Assembly: GCA_038087875.1 (NCBI GenBank)
Contig: CM075991.1
Location: forward strand, 7,690,001-7,754,000
DNA: 64,000 nt
Direction: 5' to 3'
Source: Malacoraja senta
Taxonomy: Eukaryota
Position 1 is the stretch's first letter. Each line of letters opens with the position of its first letter. The translations under genes were made by a program, and so were the position numbers. The notes under the pieces were generated by a model. That model searched no databases and was not told the DNA's origin. It saw nothing but the letters and a program-made list of their open reading frames with translations. This document shows positions 12,300 through 26,040 of the stretch, in pieces.

Positions 12300-14958
12300 G
12301 GAGGATGTGGAATCGGTATGGGTAGAGCTGCGAAACACTAAGGGGCAGAAAACGCTGGTGGGTGTTGTGTACAGGCCACCTAGCAGTAGTAGTGAAGTTG
12401 GGGATGGCATCAAACAGGAAATTTGAAATGCGTGCAACAAAGGCAAAACAGTTATAATGGGTGACTTCAATCTACATATAGATTGGGTGAATCAAATTGG
12501 CAGGGGTGCTGAGGAAGAGGACTTCTTGGAATGTATGCGGGATAGTTATCTAAACCAACATGTAGAGGAACCAACGAGAGAGCAGGCTATTCTAGACTGG
12601 GTATTGAGTAATGAAGAAGGGTTAGTTAGCAGTCTTGTTGTACGTGCCCCCTTGGGCAAGAGTGACCATAATATGGTTGAGTTCTTCATTAGGATGGAGA
12701 GTGACAGTGTTAATTCAGAAAAAACGGTTCTGAACTTAAAGAAAGGTAACTTTGAGGGTATGAGACGTGAATTGGCCAAGATTGACTGGCAATTAGTTCT
12801 AAAAGGGTTGACGGTGGATATGCAATGGAAGGCATTTAAAGACTGCATGGATGAACTACAAAAATTGTTCATCCCAGTTTGGCAAAAGAATAAATCAGGG
12901 AAGGTAGTGCATCCGTGGATAACAAGGGAAATCAGGGATAGTATCAAAGCAAAAGATGATGCGTACAAATTAGCCAGAAAAAGCAGCATACCAGAGAACT
13001 GGGAGAAATTCAGAGACCAGCAGAGGAGGACAAAGGGCTTAATTAGGAAAGGGAAAATAGATTATGAAAGAAAACTGGCAGGGAACATAAAAACTGACTG
13101 CAAAAGTTTTTATAGATATGTGAAGAGAAAGAGATTAGTTAAAACAAATGTAGGTCCCTTGCAGTCAGAAACAGGTGAATTGATCATGGGGAACAAGGAT
13201 ATGGCGGACCAATTGAATAACTACTTTGGTTCCGTCTTCACTAAGGAAGACATAAATAATCTGCCGGAAATAGCAGGGGGCCGCGGGTCAAAGGAGATGG
13301 AGGAACTGAGTGAAATCCAGGTTAGTCGGGAAGTGGTGTTGGGTAAATTGAATGGATTAAAGGCCGATAAATCACCAGGGCCAGATAGGCTGCATCCCAG
13401 AGTACTTAAGGAAGTAGCTCCAGAAATAGTGGAAGCATTAGTGATAATTTTTCAAAACTCTTTAGATTCTGGAGTAGTTCCTGAGGATTGGAGGGTAGCA
13501 AACGTAACCCCACTTTTTAAGAAGGGAGGGAGAGAGAAAACGGGGAATTACAGACCAGTTAGTCTAACATCGGTAGTGGGGAAACTGCTAGAGTCAGTTA
13601 TTAACGATGGGATAGCAGCACATTTGGAAAGTGGTGAAATCATTGGACAAAGTCAGCATGGATTGACGAAAGGTAAATCGTGTCTGACTTGGCTTATAAA
13701 AATTTTCAAGGATGTAACTAGTAGAGTGGATAGGGGAGAACCAGTGGATGTGTTGTATCTGGACTTTCAGAAGGCTTTCGACAAGGTACCATATAAGAGA
13801 TTAATATACAAACTTAAAGCACACGGTATTGGGGGTTCAGTATTGATGTGGATAGAGAACTGGCTGGCAAACAGGAAGCAAAGAGTAGGAGTAAACGGGT
13901 CCTTTTCACAATGGCAGGCAGTGACTAGTGGGGTACCGCAAGGCTCAGTGCTGGGACCCCAGCTATTTACAATTTATATTAATGAACTGGATGAGGGAAT
14001 TGAAGGCAACATCTCCAAGTTTGTGGATGACACTAAGCTGGGGGGCAGTGTTAGCTGTGAGGAGGATGCTAGGAGACTGCAAGGTGACTTGGATAGGCTG
14101 GGTGAGTGGGCAAAAGTTTGGCAGATGCAGTATAATGTGGATAAATGTGAGGTTATCCACTTTGGTGGCAAAAACAGGAAAGCAGACTATTATCTAAATG
14201 GTGGCCGATTAGGAAATGGGGAGATGCAGCGAGACCTGGGTGTCATGGTACACCAGTCATTGAAAGTAGGCATGCAGGTGCAGCAGGCAGTGAAGAAAGC
14301 GAATGGTATGTTAGCTTTCATAGCAAAAGGATTTGAGTATAGGAGCAGGGAGGTTCTACTGCAGTTGTACAGGGTCTTGGTGAGACCACACCTGGAGTAT
14401 TGCGTACAGTTTTGGTCTCCAAATCTGAGGAAGGACATTATAGCCATAGAGGGAGTGCAGAGAAGGTTCACCAGACTGATTCCTGGGATGTCAGGACTTT
14501 CATATGAAGAAAGACTGGATAGACTTGGCTTATGCTCGCTAGAATTTAGGAGATTGAGAGGGGATCTTATAGAAACGTACAAAATTCTTATGGGGTTGGA
14601 CAGGCTAGATGCAGGAAGATTGTTCCCGATGTTGGGGAAGTCCAGGACAAGGGGTCACAGCTTAAGGATAAGGGGGAAATCCTTTAAGACCGAAATGAGG
14701 AAAAACTTTTTCACACAGAGAGTGGTGAATCTCTGGAACTCTCTGCCACAGAGGGTAGTTGAGGCCAGTTCATTGGCTATATTTAAGAGGGAGTTAGATG
14801 TGGCCCTTGTGGCTAAAGGGATCAGGGGGTATGGAGAGAAGGCAGGTACGGGATACTGAGTTGGATGATCAGCCATGTTCATATTGAATGGCGGTGCAGG
14901 CTCGAAGGGCCGAATGGCCTACTCCTGCACCTATTTTCTATGTATCTATGTATCTATG
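12300..14958 (+). mobile_element. Young CR1 (HER1-like) LINE, 5'-truncated within the APE endonuclease
   Basis: EDVESVWVELRN..VGVVYRPP endonuclease motifs, RT, 3' UTR ending in (CTATGTAT)n. Confidence 0.95.
12457..14859 (+). pseudogene. CR1 ORF2 (C-terminal part of endonuclease plus reverse transcriptase), 800 aa, non-autonomous
   Basis: GDFN, LDWVL, SDH endonuclease motifs; NYRPVSL, LDFQKAFD, GVPQGSVLGP RT motifs; FVDD in place of FADD; in-frame TGA at 12424-12426 upstream. Confidence 0.9.
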
Positions 14959-15775
14959 TCTGGAAGGTCACCACTGGATTCTCTGTTGCTGCAGCCGCTT
15001 CTTTCAAAATCCAGAATAAAGACCATCTAGTAGTCCAAATGTGATTAATCCTCTTAACATCTCCGATAGTTTCTCATAACAAATATTGATAACTTTGAAA
15101 TCCTCACTGCATCAGGCAGGTTCCATAGGTTGTTTGTGTTCTCCATTGCGAAGACTTGCAAAAAATACAGAAAGTCATTAGGCATGGAAACAGGCCCTTC
15201 AGCCCAACTTGCCCACCCCGGCCAACATGTCCCAGCTTCACAAGCCCCAACTGCCCGCATTTGGCCCATATTCCTCCAAACCAGTCCTACCCTAGCGCTT
15301 GTTTAATAAAAGTTTTTTTTTAAATCATTTCTCCAGCTTCTTTCTTTAAAAGATCATATTTTCTTTGCTATTCAATTTCCTTTCAAAGCTATTCGTTTCC
15401 GTTTTACATGTCTTCACTGAGAGGAAGAGGAGATACCTCCACTTTTATTGGCACCATCTCTGTAGAGAAGGAATGGGCCGAGACCCTTCTTCAGACCCGA
15501 AACGTCACCCATTCCTTCTCTCCAGAGATGCTGCCTGCCCCGCTGAGTTACTCCAGCTTTTTGTGTCTATCTTTGTTTTAAACCAGCATCTGCAGTTCCT
15601 CCCTAGACAATAACCAACTCTAGTCAAGTTGAATGATAGGAAAGGTATAAATCTGTATACCATGCATACTAAAAGCATACCATGCTTTTCTTCGATTTAG
15701 CAGCATACTACAAAATCCACCAAGTAGTGTTGATTGGGCTGCGGCTTAAAGTCTCAACCAAAAGACAGCACTTTC

Positions 15776-16266
15776 ATAGAAACATAGAAACATAGAAAAT
15801 AGGTGCAGGAGTAGGCCATTCGGCCATTCAATATGATCATGGCTGATCATCCAACTCGGTATCCTGTACGTGCCTTCTCTCCATACCCCCTGATCCCTTT
15901 AGCCACAATCTAACTCCCTCTTACATATAACCAATGAACTGGCCTCAACTACCTTCTGTGGCAGAGAATTCCACAGATTCACCACTCTCTGTGTGAAAAA
16001 TGTTTTTCTCATCTCGGTCCTAAAAGACTTCCCCCTTATCCTTAAACTGTGACCCCTTGTTCTGGACTTCCCCAACATCGGGAACAATCTTCCTGCATCT
16101 AGCCTGTCCAACCCCTTAAGAATTTTGTACGTTTCTATAAGATCCCCCCTCAATCTTTTAAATTCTGGCGAGTACAAACCGAGTCTATCCAGTCTTTCCT
16201 CATATGAAAGTCCTGCCGTCCCAGGAATCAGTCTGGTGAACCTTCTCTGTACTCCCTCTATGGCAA
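15776..16266 (-). mobile_element. CR1 3' fragment, same lineage as 12300-14958
   Basis: ORF 15899-16177 nearly identical to the CR1 C-terminus; (CATAGAAA)n tail. Confidence 0.9.
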
Positions 16267-16268
16267 CT

Positions 16269-16385
16269 GTTCAGCACTCCCTCAGTGCTGCAGTGTGATA
16301 TCAGTCTAGATTTCTGGAGCCCAGTCGCAGCTGGAGTGCCTGAACCATCACAGACATCGGTGTGAAAACGATAACTCCACCACAT
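16269..16385 (-). mobile_element. DeuSINE (SacSINE1-like) fragment
   Basis: CAGCACTCCCTCAGTGCTGCA..TCAGTCTAGATT matches the recalled SacSINE1/Deu consensus in antisense. Confidence 0.5.
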
Positions 16386-16999
16386 GCGCCTTTCAATCCT
16401 CTCGCAATCACTACTGAGTTATAGAGAATCGACACTGCCCCTGACTTGAACTAAACACGTTCCTATGGATTGAAGTAGGAAAAATTGATGATGTGGGAAT
16501 GAAGTAAATTCTGTTTACCCTCTCACATTCTATGCTAACTATCCGTAATGAGCAGTTAATGAGCAAATCACTGAAGTGCAATACCTAATGTAGCATTGGT
16601 GCTGAATATAATTAAACCACTGTTTGGGAGAATAATTGTATTGAGCTGTCACATCTTTTTTGGTCAAGTAGTTTGCGAAAACTCATAGTCTCATTACGTG
16701 TGAAGAATTGACATCTGAACAAAACACCAGAGGGCTGCCATCAGCCAAGGAACTAAACTCACAGAGATACAAGGCACTGCGGATGCTGGTTTGCAATAAA
16801 AGGATATATAAGTGCTGGAGTAACTCAGTGGGTCAGGGGGCATCTCTGGAGAACACGGATAGGTGATGTTTCGGGTCGGGTCCTTTTGGTTTGGAATCGT
16901 TTTTCAGACTCATTACCTATCCATGTTCTCCAGAGATGCTGCCTGACCTGCTGAGTTACCCCAACACTCTATATCCTTTTTAACTAATCTCATGGAGTT

Positions 17000-17276
17000 A
17001 GCACTGGAGACCCGGGTTCGATCCCGACTATGGGTGTTATCCATACAGAGTTGCTACGTTCTCCCTGTGACCGGGTGCGTTTTCTCCAAGAGCTTTGGTG
17101 TCCTCCCACACTCCAAAGATGTACAGGTATGTAGGTTAATAGGCTTGGTATATGTGTAAAAATTGTCCCTAGTGTGTGTAGGATAATATTATCGTGCGGG
17201 GATCGCTGGTGGGTCCGGACTCGGTGGGCCGAAGGGCCTGTTTCCGTACTGTATCTCTAAACTAAACTAAACTAAA
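17000..17276 (+). mobile_element. HE1-like V-SINE
   Basis: B-box GGTTCGATCCC, V-domain, (AAACT)n tail. Confidence 0.85.
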
Positions 17277-18593
17277 CAACTCAGGTGTCAACTTTCTACC
17301 ACTGCGATATGATGAGTTAGATTTAGCTCTTAGGGCTAAAGGAATTAAGGGGGAAAAATATGGGGAAAAAGCATGAACGGGGTACTGATGTAAATGATCA
17401 GCCATGATCATGATGAATGGCGGAGCTGGCTGGAAGGGCCGAAGGGCCTACTCCTGCACCTATTTTTCTATGTTTCTATATGTGCGCCCCAGCCACCTCA
17501 GCTCGGTACTCAATACAACAAATGACACCAACCTGTGCACAGCAACACCTCCGTATCACGTTGCGTCACAACCTCTGTCAAAATTCCCCATTGCACAGGC
17601 TCGCCATATGGCTTCGGGTTTCAAACTCATCGTCAGTCAGAAGCAGCCAGCTTTCGGAGGTTGAGGCTCAGGAATGCGTGTGTGCAACTTGGTGAGTCAG
17701 ACTCGCACAGCTCGTTTGTCCTTTGAATCATGTGCTAAATGTCAGAGCCAGGTTTATTTCCCAGTTGAAAGAAAGATGACTTCACACAACCTTCTTAAAA
17801 TCGCTTGAGAAATATCTCTGAGCACATCACACGCATCACGTGACTTTGAGGTGCAATTTAGGCAGATTATATATATATATATATATATATAAAACACCTT
17901 GAACGCGTGCGGAAGAGAATGACAACTTAATCAATGTTTGTGGATACCTTCGTAGTGGAAGAATTCTTTATCTTTTCTCAAATGGCATCCTAAGATCTTT
18001 AATATTTATCCGAGAAGAGGTTCAATTTAAAATGTCAATGAAAGCATTGTTCCCAGGCAAATTGATCTGTGTGCTTCCTCAGTGGTTTAATGGTGCCACA
18101 TTGTCATGTGTGCGTTGCGCAGTGGAATTCTTATTGCATTGATCACACGTGCACAAGTCGCTATATTTTGGTGGCATTTTACAAAAAGCCCAAAGACCGG
18201 CTCACGCGCTGGATGTGCTGGAACTGATGCTCCTGACAAAAGAACATCAGAGAGGCGCATGGATGTGCAGAGAATGGAGAGATGTAGATCATGCACAGGC
18301 AGAGATTACTTTAACTTGGCATCATGTTCGACCATGAACAATGTGGGCCAAAGGTCCAGTTCCTGAGCTGTATGGTTCTGTACAACATGTCTGATGAAGG
18401 GCCCCGAGTTTAGATTGATATTGGCCAAACACTGGTGAATAGGAGTAGCTCAGACATAAAATGAGTTGGGCGGCGGTGTCTGTTTCCTTGCTGTATGAGT
18501 CTATCAACTACGACCACTGTATATGACAGGTCTCTTGGGCTTTCTTCCTGCGTTATTAGATTCTGCAATCGCACAAAGCAAAGGATATAATGA

Positions 18594-18702
18594 AGGTAGA
18601 CAAAAATGCTGGAGAAACTCAGCAGGTGCAGCAGCATCTATGGAGCGAAGGAAATAGGCAACGTTTCGGGCTGAAACCAGACCCTTTTTTGAAACCCTTC
18701 TT
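18594..18702 (-). mobile_element. Penelope-like pLTR tail with 15-bp TSD
   Basis: TSD CAAAGGATATAATGA at 18579-18593 and 18703-18717. Confidence 0.8.
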
Positions 18703-19335
18703 CAAAGGATATAATGATTCAGATTATGTGGGCACAGGCCCCCACTCTGAGGTCGGGAACAATTGTGCAGCAGGTGGTGCTGCTGCCTCACAGCTCCCGG
18801 GATGTGGGTCCAATTCTAACCTCCGGTGCTGTCTGTGTGGAGCTTGCATGTTCTCCCTGTGACAGTGTGAGTTCCCCCGGCTGCTCCACAACCCAAAGAC
18901 GCGCAGGTTGGCACCTGGGGTGTTGGGGAGTGGGAGAATCTGACGAGGATGCGAGGAGAAAAAAGTGGGATTAATGTAGGATTAGTATGGGAAGGGAGTT
19001 ACACGGACTCCGCGGGCTGAAGTGACCTGTATCTCCACGACTCTATGCCACTGAATTGTTTTGCCCAGATCTCCACACGAAACTCAAGCTGAGGCCCAAC
19101 CAGACATTCAGAACAGTGAAACATGTTTTGTATACAGTGCCCCCATTTACAAAACCAATACCCTTTCTAACCTGTCTTATCTCCAATGGAGATGTCATTG
19201 GCATATTCCTGAATCTGCAGCAAAGGTCAGAACAAACCTGAAGGGCATTTCGATATGTTCCAAAATGAACATGGAATATGGACTGAGAGACATGCTGGTG
19301 TGTTAGTGGGGTTGTTCCATTTTTATATGAAACCA

Positions 19336-20140
19336 GGCCACACGGTGGCGCAGTGGTCGAGCTGCTGCCTTACAGTGCCAGAGACCCAGGTTCAATCCTG
19401 ACCATGAGTGCCGTCTGTACGGAGTTTGTACCTTCTCCCCGCGACTTGTGTGGGTTTCCTCTGGGAGCTCCGGTTTCCTCCCACACTCCAAAGGCAGAGG
19501 TTCACCTGCACCTCCTCCAACCTCATCTATTGCATCCGCTGCTCTAGATGCCAGCTGCTCTACATCGGTGAGACCAAGCATAGGCTTGGCGATCGCTTCG
19601 CCGAACACCTCCGCTCGGTTCGCAATAACCAACCTGACCTCCCGGTGGCTCAGCACTTCAACTCCCCCTCCCATTCCGAATCCGACCTTTCTGTCCTCGG
19701 CATCCACCATGGCCAGAGTGAGGACCACCGGAAATTGGAGGAGCAGCACCTCATATTTCGCTTGGGCAGTGTGCACCCCAGCGGTATGAACATTGACTTC
19801 TCTAATTTCAGGTAGTCCTTACTTTCTCCTCCCCTTCTCAGCTCTCCCTCAGCCCACTGGCTCCACCTCTTCCTTTCTTCTTCCCCCTCACATCAGTCTG
19901 AAGAAGGGTTTCGGCCCGAAACGTTGCCTATTTCCTTTGCTCCACAGATGCTGCCTCACCCGCTGAGTTTCTCCAGCATTTTTGTCTACCTCCAAAGGCA
20001 TACAGGTTTGCGGGCTAATTGGCTTGTTAAAATTATAATATCGTCCCTAATATGTGTAGGATAGCGTTGGTGTGCAGGGATCGCTGGTCGGCGCAAATTC
20101 GATGGGCCGAAGGGCCTGTTTCCATGCTGCCTATCTGAAA
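19336..20140 (+). mobile_element. HE1-like V-SINE split by a Penelope-like element
   Basis: SINE 5' part to 19496 resumes at 20001 (TACAGGTTTG). Confidence 0.85.
19497..19989 (+). mobile_element. Penelope/Neptune-like element 3' part: GIY-YIG endonuclease plus pLTR
   Basis: NLIYCIRCSRCQLLYIGETK.RL..RF.EH..VAQHFN..G.N domain; 11-bp TSD CTCCAAAGGCA at 19486-19496 and 19990-20000. Confidence 0.9.
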
Positions 20141-20364
20141 ACAAAAAAACATTGAAACATATCAAATGAATTCCTTGTTGTAATTACACAGAATCACCCT
20201 TCGCAGCGCCAGTGACCCGGGTTCATTCCTAACATTGGGTGCTAACTGTGTGGAGTTTGCACGTTCTCCATGTAACCGCGTTGGTTTCCTCCTAATGTTC
20301 TGGTTTACTCCAACATCCCAAAAGATGTGCGAGTTTGTAGATTAATTGACCTCTGTAAATGGGG

Positions 20365-20750
20365 TGCAGACTTGATAAAGGTATATAACATTTTGAGAGA
20401 CATTGACAGGGCAGACAGTCAAAATCTTTTACCTAGCGTGGAAATGGCCAACATTAAAGGGCACAGCTATGAGGTGAGAGATGGAAAGTTTAACGGACAT
20501 GTGCAGGGTAAGTTTTTTTACACAGAGAGTAGTGGGGGGCTGCAATTCATTGCCAAGGATGGTAGTGGAGGCAGATACTATAGTGGTGTTTAAGAGGCTT
20601 GTTGTTAGGCACATGGAAGTGGAAGGAATAGAGGGACAAATGGATCATGCAGTGGCAGATGAGATCAGTTTAACATGGTATCGTGTGCGGCACAAACCTT
20701 GCAGGTGAAAGGGCCCGTTCCTGTGCTGTACTGTTTTATGATCCATGTTC
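20365..20750 (+). mobile_element. Older CR1 3' fragment
   Basis: DLIKVYNIL..KGHSY..FFTQRVVG..NSLP motifs, frameshifted. Confidence 0.75.
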
Positions 20751-21309
20751 ACTGGTACAACAAGATGGGATGAAAGTAGATCTCCTAGATTGACCCTTCA
20801 AGCATTCCCAGTCTAGGAATGTCTGCTTGGACACAAGAGTGAAAGGCCATGTATGATTTTATACAGAAACGGGCAGAAGGCAAGATCAAGGCAGGTATAT
20901 TCTGGAGCTGTTATTGTCTAGCTTACACAGAGGCATTCCTCAGCAACAGGTCCAGGTTAGTGAATGCTTCAGGTGCGTTGAGCCTCCAGGACAACGAGTC
21001 TGTAATAAGAGCCCTCATGACACTGTGGCATCAATATAAAATGTCTTAAAATGAACTGACTTGTGTAACTATTTGATAAATGTGGATCTTTCCAATCTGA
21101 CATTCTTGTTTCACCAAGGTTTATCACAATGCATGCATTCATTGGAATGGCATTAGCAAAATATGCACTGAGAAACATTTATGCACACATCATTAACCAT
21201 TAAGTTTCTTTTGACGTTTCCCTGGTAATAAATATTAAAAAAAAGTATTTTCAAAGTTTAGTGGAAAAATACTTCATATGACAAGAGCAATTGGACCAAC
21301 CATGCCAGC

Positions 21310-21602
21310 AGTAGATTTTCTGCCTTACAGCGAATGCAGCGCTGGAGACCTAGGTTTGATCCTGACTATGGGTGTTGTCTATACGGAGTTTGTACCTTCT
21401 CCCCGTGACCACGTGGGTTTTCTCCGAGATCTTCGGTTTCCTCCCACACTCCAAAAACGTACAAGTTTGTAGGTTAATTGGTTTGGTATAAATGTAAATT
21501 GTCCCTAGTGTGTGTAGGATAGCGTTAATGTGCAGGGATCGCTGGTCGGTGCGGACTCGATGGGCCGAAGGGCCTGTTGCCGCGTTGTATCTCTAAACTA
21601 AA
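21310..21602 (+). mobile_element. HE1-like V-SINE
   Basis: Same family as 272-628. Confidence 0.85.
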
Positions 21603-22820
21603 ATCCCATAGAAACCAAAGAACTGATGCATTTTCGCTGAGATTTTTTAGGCCCAATATCAGTGTGACTTTATTTTCATGCATAAACTTTTGGTACAAGG
21701 GCCAGGGATTTACATTTGTTAATTAAGTCAAATTTAGCAGGGAAACTCTGCTCACTGAGATGCCGATCTCTTGTCCAAATTTCCTGCATTTGGCCCATAT
21801 TCCTTTATTTCTCCAGTTCAGCTGAAAGGTCCTTATCCAAAATGCTGCGTTCCTCCAGCAGGTTGCATGTGGCTTCAAATTCCAGCATCTGTAATGGGAG
21901 AGTCCAGGACCAGAGGCCATTGCCTCAGGTTAAAATGGCGTACCTTTAGAAAGGAGACAAGGAGGAATTTTCATTATCAGAGGGTGGCGAATCTGTGGAA
22001 TTCATTGCCACAGACGGCTCTGGAGGCCGAGAATGGATATTTTTAAGGTGTTTATTGACAAGTGAGGGTGTCAGGGTTTATGGGGAGAAAGCAGAAGAAT
22101 AAAGATGAGAGGGAATCATAGATCAGGTGACCTTGATGGACTGACTGGTCCAATTCTGCTCCTGTAACATGAATTTGTCGGCAGTTTCCAGGCATGGTAA
22201 CCAGAACTACACACATATTCCAAATGTAACCTAACCAATGCACATCTGCAACACAATGTCCTAACTCTACACTCAACACTTCAAAGGCAGGGAAGCTGAA
22301 CATCTTCTTCACTTCCTGCTGTCACCATTTGCAGGAAGCTATCTATGGCCATGAAACCTAAAGTCCCTTCTTCAAAGTAGGTAAAACCTTGAGGAGATTT
22401 CACAGTGAAGCAGTCAAAATGTGGAAACAAAGAACTGCAGATGCAGGTTTAACAAGGAAAGGCACAATATGCTGGAGGAACCCAGCGGGTCAGGCAGCAT
22501 CTCTGGGGAACATGGATTGGTGACATTTTGGGTGGGGACCCTTCTTCGGACTGAATGGAGTCCGAATCTGAATTCGTCTGAAGATGGATCCCGACTCGAA
22601 ACGTCACCTATCCATGTTCTCCAGGGATGCTGCCTGACCCATTGAGTTACTGCTGTAGTGCCAGCCCAAGGTCCCTCTGTACATCATCGCTTCTCAGATC
22701 CCTGTCATTGCGTGTGCTCTCCCTGTATTAAACAAAGCAAATGCATTACCTCGCACTTGTTTATGAACATGGCATTTGATTAAAAGATAACGATGAACAT
22801 TGCTCAAAGATTTGTATGCT

Positions 22821-23045
22821 TTATAATCTACGGAATATCTCCAAAATTGTGTTATTGGTAATTTCTTTTATTTTTTTATTTTTTCTCCCTCCCTTCTTTC
22901 TATAGCTCTATCTTTCAAAAAATCTATAAAAAAATAAAAAAATAAAGAAGCTGTATTAATATGTAATTGATAAACAAATTGTGTTCTGGTTATGATATGT
23001 ACATGCTTCTAATAAAAAAAAAAAATTTTTTTTAAATAAAAAAAA
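22821..23045 (+). mobile_element. Poly(A)-tailed retroposon 3' end (L1-like)
   Basis: AATAAA plus A-rich tail; 9-bp TSD TTGTATGCT at 22812-22820 and 23046-23054; ending TACATGCTTCTAATAAA resembles the 43625 tail. Confidence 0.7.
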
Positions 23046-23453
23046 TTGTATGCTGCATAGAGAGAAAAAATATGCGGGCACCTTTCTGTCCATCATGACC
23101 TGTCAACCCTTTGATGCATCTATCCAATTGATCCCGCTCTCTTGCCCTTTCTCGTAGCCTGAAATTGTTTTCCCTTGAAGTATTTATAAAGTTCCCTTGA
23201 GATTGTTACGGTTCAATCTTTCTCCATCGCTCCTGAAGCCAGTGCATTCCAACCGAGTGGTGTTTTTATGCCATTTGTCTTCTGTTTCCCAACCCTTCTA
23301 CCTGAAGTGATTTCTCCTTATATGCTCCATCAAAGGGGTTTATCATTTTGAAGGCCTCTCTCAGAATCTGCTATTCCCCTGTGGAAAACAATACCAACTT
23401 CTCCAATCGCCAAACAAATCGAAAGTACTTCATTACTGGTACTCCTCTTGTAT

Positions 23454-24525
23454 TTGGTTGGCAGACAGGAAACAAAGAGTAGGGATTAACGTGTCCCTTT
23501 CAGAATGGCAGGCAGTGACTAGTGGGGTGCCGCAAGGCTCGGTGATGGGACCGCAGCTATATACAATATACATCTATGATTTAAATGAAGGGATTAAGAG
23601 TAACATTAGCAAATTTGCAGATGACACAAAGCTGGGTGGCAGTGTGAACTGTGAGGAGGATGCAGGGTGACTTGGACAGGTTGGGTGAGTGGCCAGATGC
23701 ATGGCAGATGCAGTTTGATGTGGATAAATGTGAGGTTATCCACTTTGGTGGCAAGAACGGAAAGATTATTCTCTGAATGGTGTTGTTAGGAAAAGGGGAA
23801 GTACAACGAGATCTGGGCGTCCTTGTTCATCAGTCACTGAAAGTAAGCATGCAGGTACAGCAGACAGTGAAGAAAGCTAATGGCATGTTGGCTTTCATTA
23901 CAAGCGGAGTTAAGTATAAGAGCAAAGAGGTCCTTCTACAGTTATACAGGGCTCTAGTGAGACCACACCTGGAGTATTGTGTGCAGTTTTGGTCTCCAAA
24001 CTTGAGGAAGGACATTCTTGCTATTGAGGGAGTGCAGCGTAGGCTCACGAGGTTAATTCCCGGGATGGCGGGACTGTCATATGTTGAAAGAATGGAGCGA
24101 CTGAGCTTGTATACACTGGAATTTAGAAGGATGAGAGGGGATCTTATTGAAACATATAAGATTATTAAGGGTTGGGCAGGCTAGTGTTAGGAAACATGTT
24201 CCCGATGTTGAGGGAGTCCAGAACCAGTGGCACAGTTTAAGAATAAGGGGTAGGCCATTTAGAACGGAGATGAGGAAAAACCTTTTCACCCAGTGAGTTG
24301 TGAATCTGTGGAATTCTCTGCCTCAGAAGGCAGTGGAGGCCAATTCTCTGGATGCTTTCAAGAGAGAGTTCGATAGAGCTCTTAAAGATAGTGGAATCAA
24401 GGGATATGGGGAGAAGGCAGGAACGGGGTACTGATTGTGGATGATCAGCCATGATCACAGTGAATGGCGGTGCTGGCTCGAAGGACGAATGGCCTACTCC
24501 TGTACTTATTGTCTATTATCTATTG
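23454..24525 (+). mobile_element. CR1 fragment (RT C-terminal half plus 3' UTR), frameshifted
   Basis: GVPQGSV.GP, FADDTKL, VRPHLEYCVQFW; (CTATTGT)n-type tail. Confidence 0.92.
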
Positions 24526-24729
24526 TGAAATCTCTCTTGAACCTTTTCCAAGGAATTATTCTTTGTTTTTCATGTTTTCCTGTGATGTAGAAGGAGACCA
24601 TTCAGCCCATCTAGTTTTTTGCTGGATCGCAGATCATTCCCTTCAGTCCCATCCACCCACCTATCTCCTTGCAACAAGTTCTTTCCTAAAAACCCATCAA
24701 TATCCCTCTGCCGAGCACCAACATTAAAG

Positions 24730-24942
24730 TAGACAAAAATGCTGGGGAAACTCAGCGGGTGAGGCAGCATCTATGGAGCGAAGGAAATAGGCAACGTTTC
24801 GGATCGAAACCCTTCTTCAGACCCAATGTTTCAACCCGAAACGTTGCCTATTTCCTTCACTCCATAGATGCTGCCTCACCCGCTGAGTTTCTCCAGCATT
24901 TTTGTCTACCTTCGATTTTCCAGCCTCTGCAGTTCCTTCTTA
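24730..24942. mobile_element. Palindromic (inverted) Penelope pLTR pair with 13-bp TSD
   Basis: TSD ACCAACATTAAAG at 24717-24729 and 24943-24955. Confidence 0.8.
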
Positions 24943-25824
24943 ACCAACATTAAAGCATTATTTTGCAGTAGCCAATTAGCCTGCAAACCACATGTCTTTG
25001 AGATGTGGGGGGAACTGGAGCACTTAAGTAAGAATTTAATTGTTCCGTTTCGGGACATATGACAGTAAAACACTGTTGATTCCAGCACTACATCTGATGC
25101 CTATGCAGCAGCATTAGTGGTCATAGGGTTAACATGCAAACTCCACAAAGACAGCATCCGATTTTCAGCATCATATTTGGATTGCCGGAGCTATACCACG
25201 AATTTAACACAGGACTCCAGCCTCACCTGTCCATTGCTTTAGCAATTTATAACCTCAGTTCCATTTCAGGATGGATGTGGAGGCTTTGGAGAGGGGGCAG
25301 AAGAGCTTAGCAGAATGCTGCCTGTATTGGAGGTCCTGAGCTGGAAGGAGAGGTTGGACAAACTTGGGTTGTTTCCTCTGGAGCGTCGGAGGTTGAAGGG
25401 GAGACATAATAGAAGTACTTAAAAATTTGAGAGGGGTAGTAGATAGGGCAGGCAGTCGGAAATTGTTTCACAGGGTGGAAATATCAAAGACTAGAGGGCA
25501 TAGCTTTAAGGTCAGAAGTGGAACGTTTAAAGAAGATTTGCAAGGCACTTTTTTTTTAGTGGGTGCCTGGAACACACTGCCAGTGGTGGTGGTGGAAGCA
25601 GGTACGATATTGAATTGTAAGAGGTTTTTAGATAGCACATGGCTATGCAGGGAATGGAGGGGTATGCATCACATGTAGTCAGAGAGGAAAATACCCGGGC
25701 AACATTGTGGGTCAAACGACCTATTGCTGTGCCACTTTGTTGATAGTTTGTGTTATTTTCTAAGGTTTGTTATACAGAGTTCAGGACTTACTTATGTTAT
25801 GGCCAAAAGTGTTTGAAGTGTTTC

Positions 25825-26040
25825 AGGTAAATAGCCTGCTGGCTGTAGGGAAGAAGCTGTCCCTAAACCTGGACGTTGCAGTTTTCAGTCTCCTGTACCT
25901 TCTTCCTGATGGCAGGGGTGAAATGAGTGTGGGGCCAGGGTGGTGTGGGTCTCCGATGATGCTGGCTGCCTTTTTGAGGCAGCGACTCCTGTAGATCCCT
26001 TCGAAGGTGGGGAGGTCAGTACTCGTGATGCACTTTCTGC
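25825..26040 (-). mobile_element. Rex1/Babar-like LINE 3' fragment
   Basis: RCLKKAASIIGDPHHPG.TLISPLPSGRRYR..RFRDSFFP. Confidence 0.75.

Noticed and set aside
12457..14859. 800-aa ORF as a host gene or autonomous LINE
   Set aside because: It is a 5'-truncated CR1 ORF2 with an upstream in-frame stop, no ORF1 and altered conserved RT residues.
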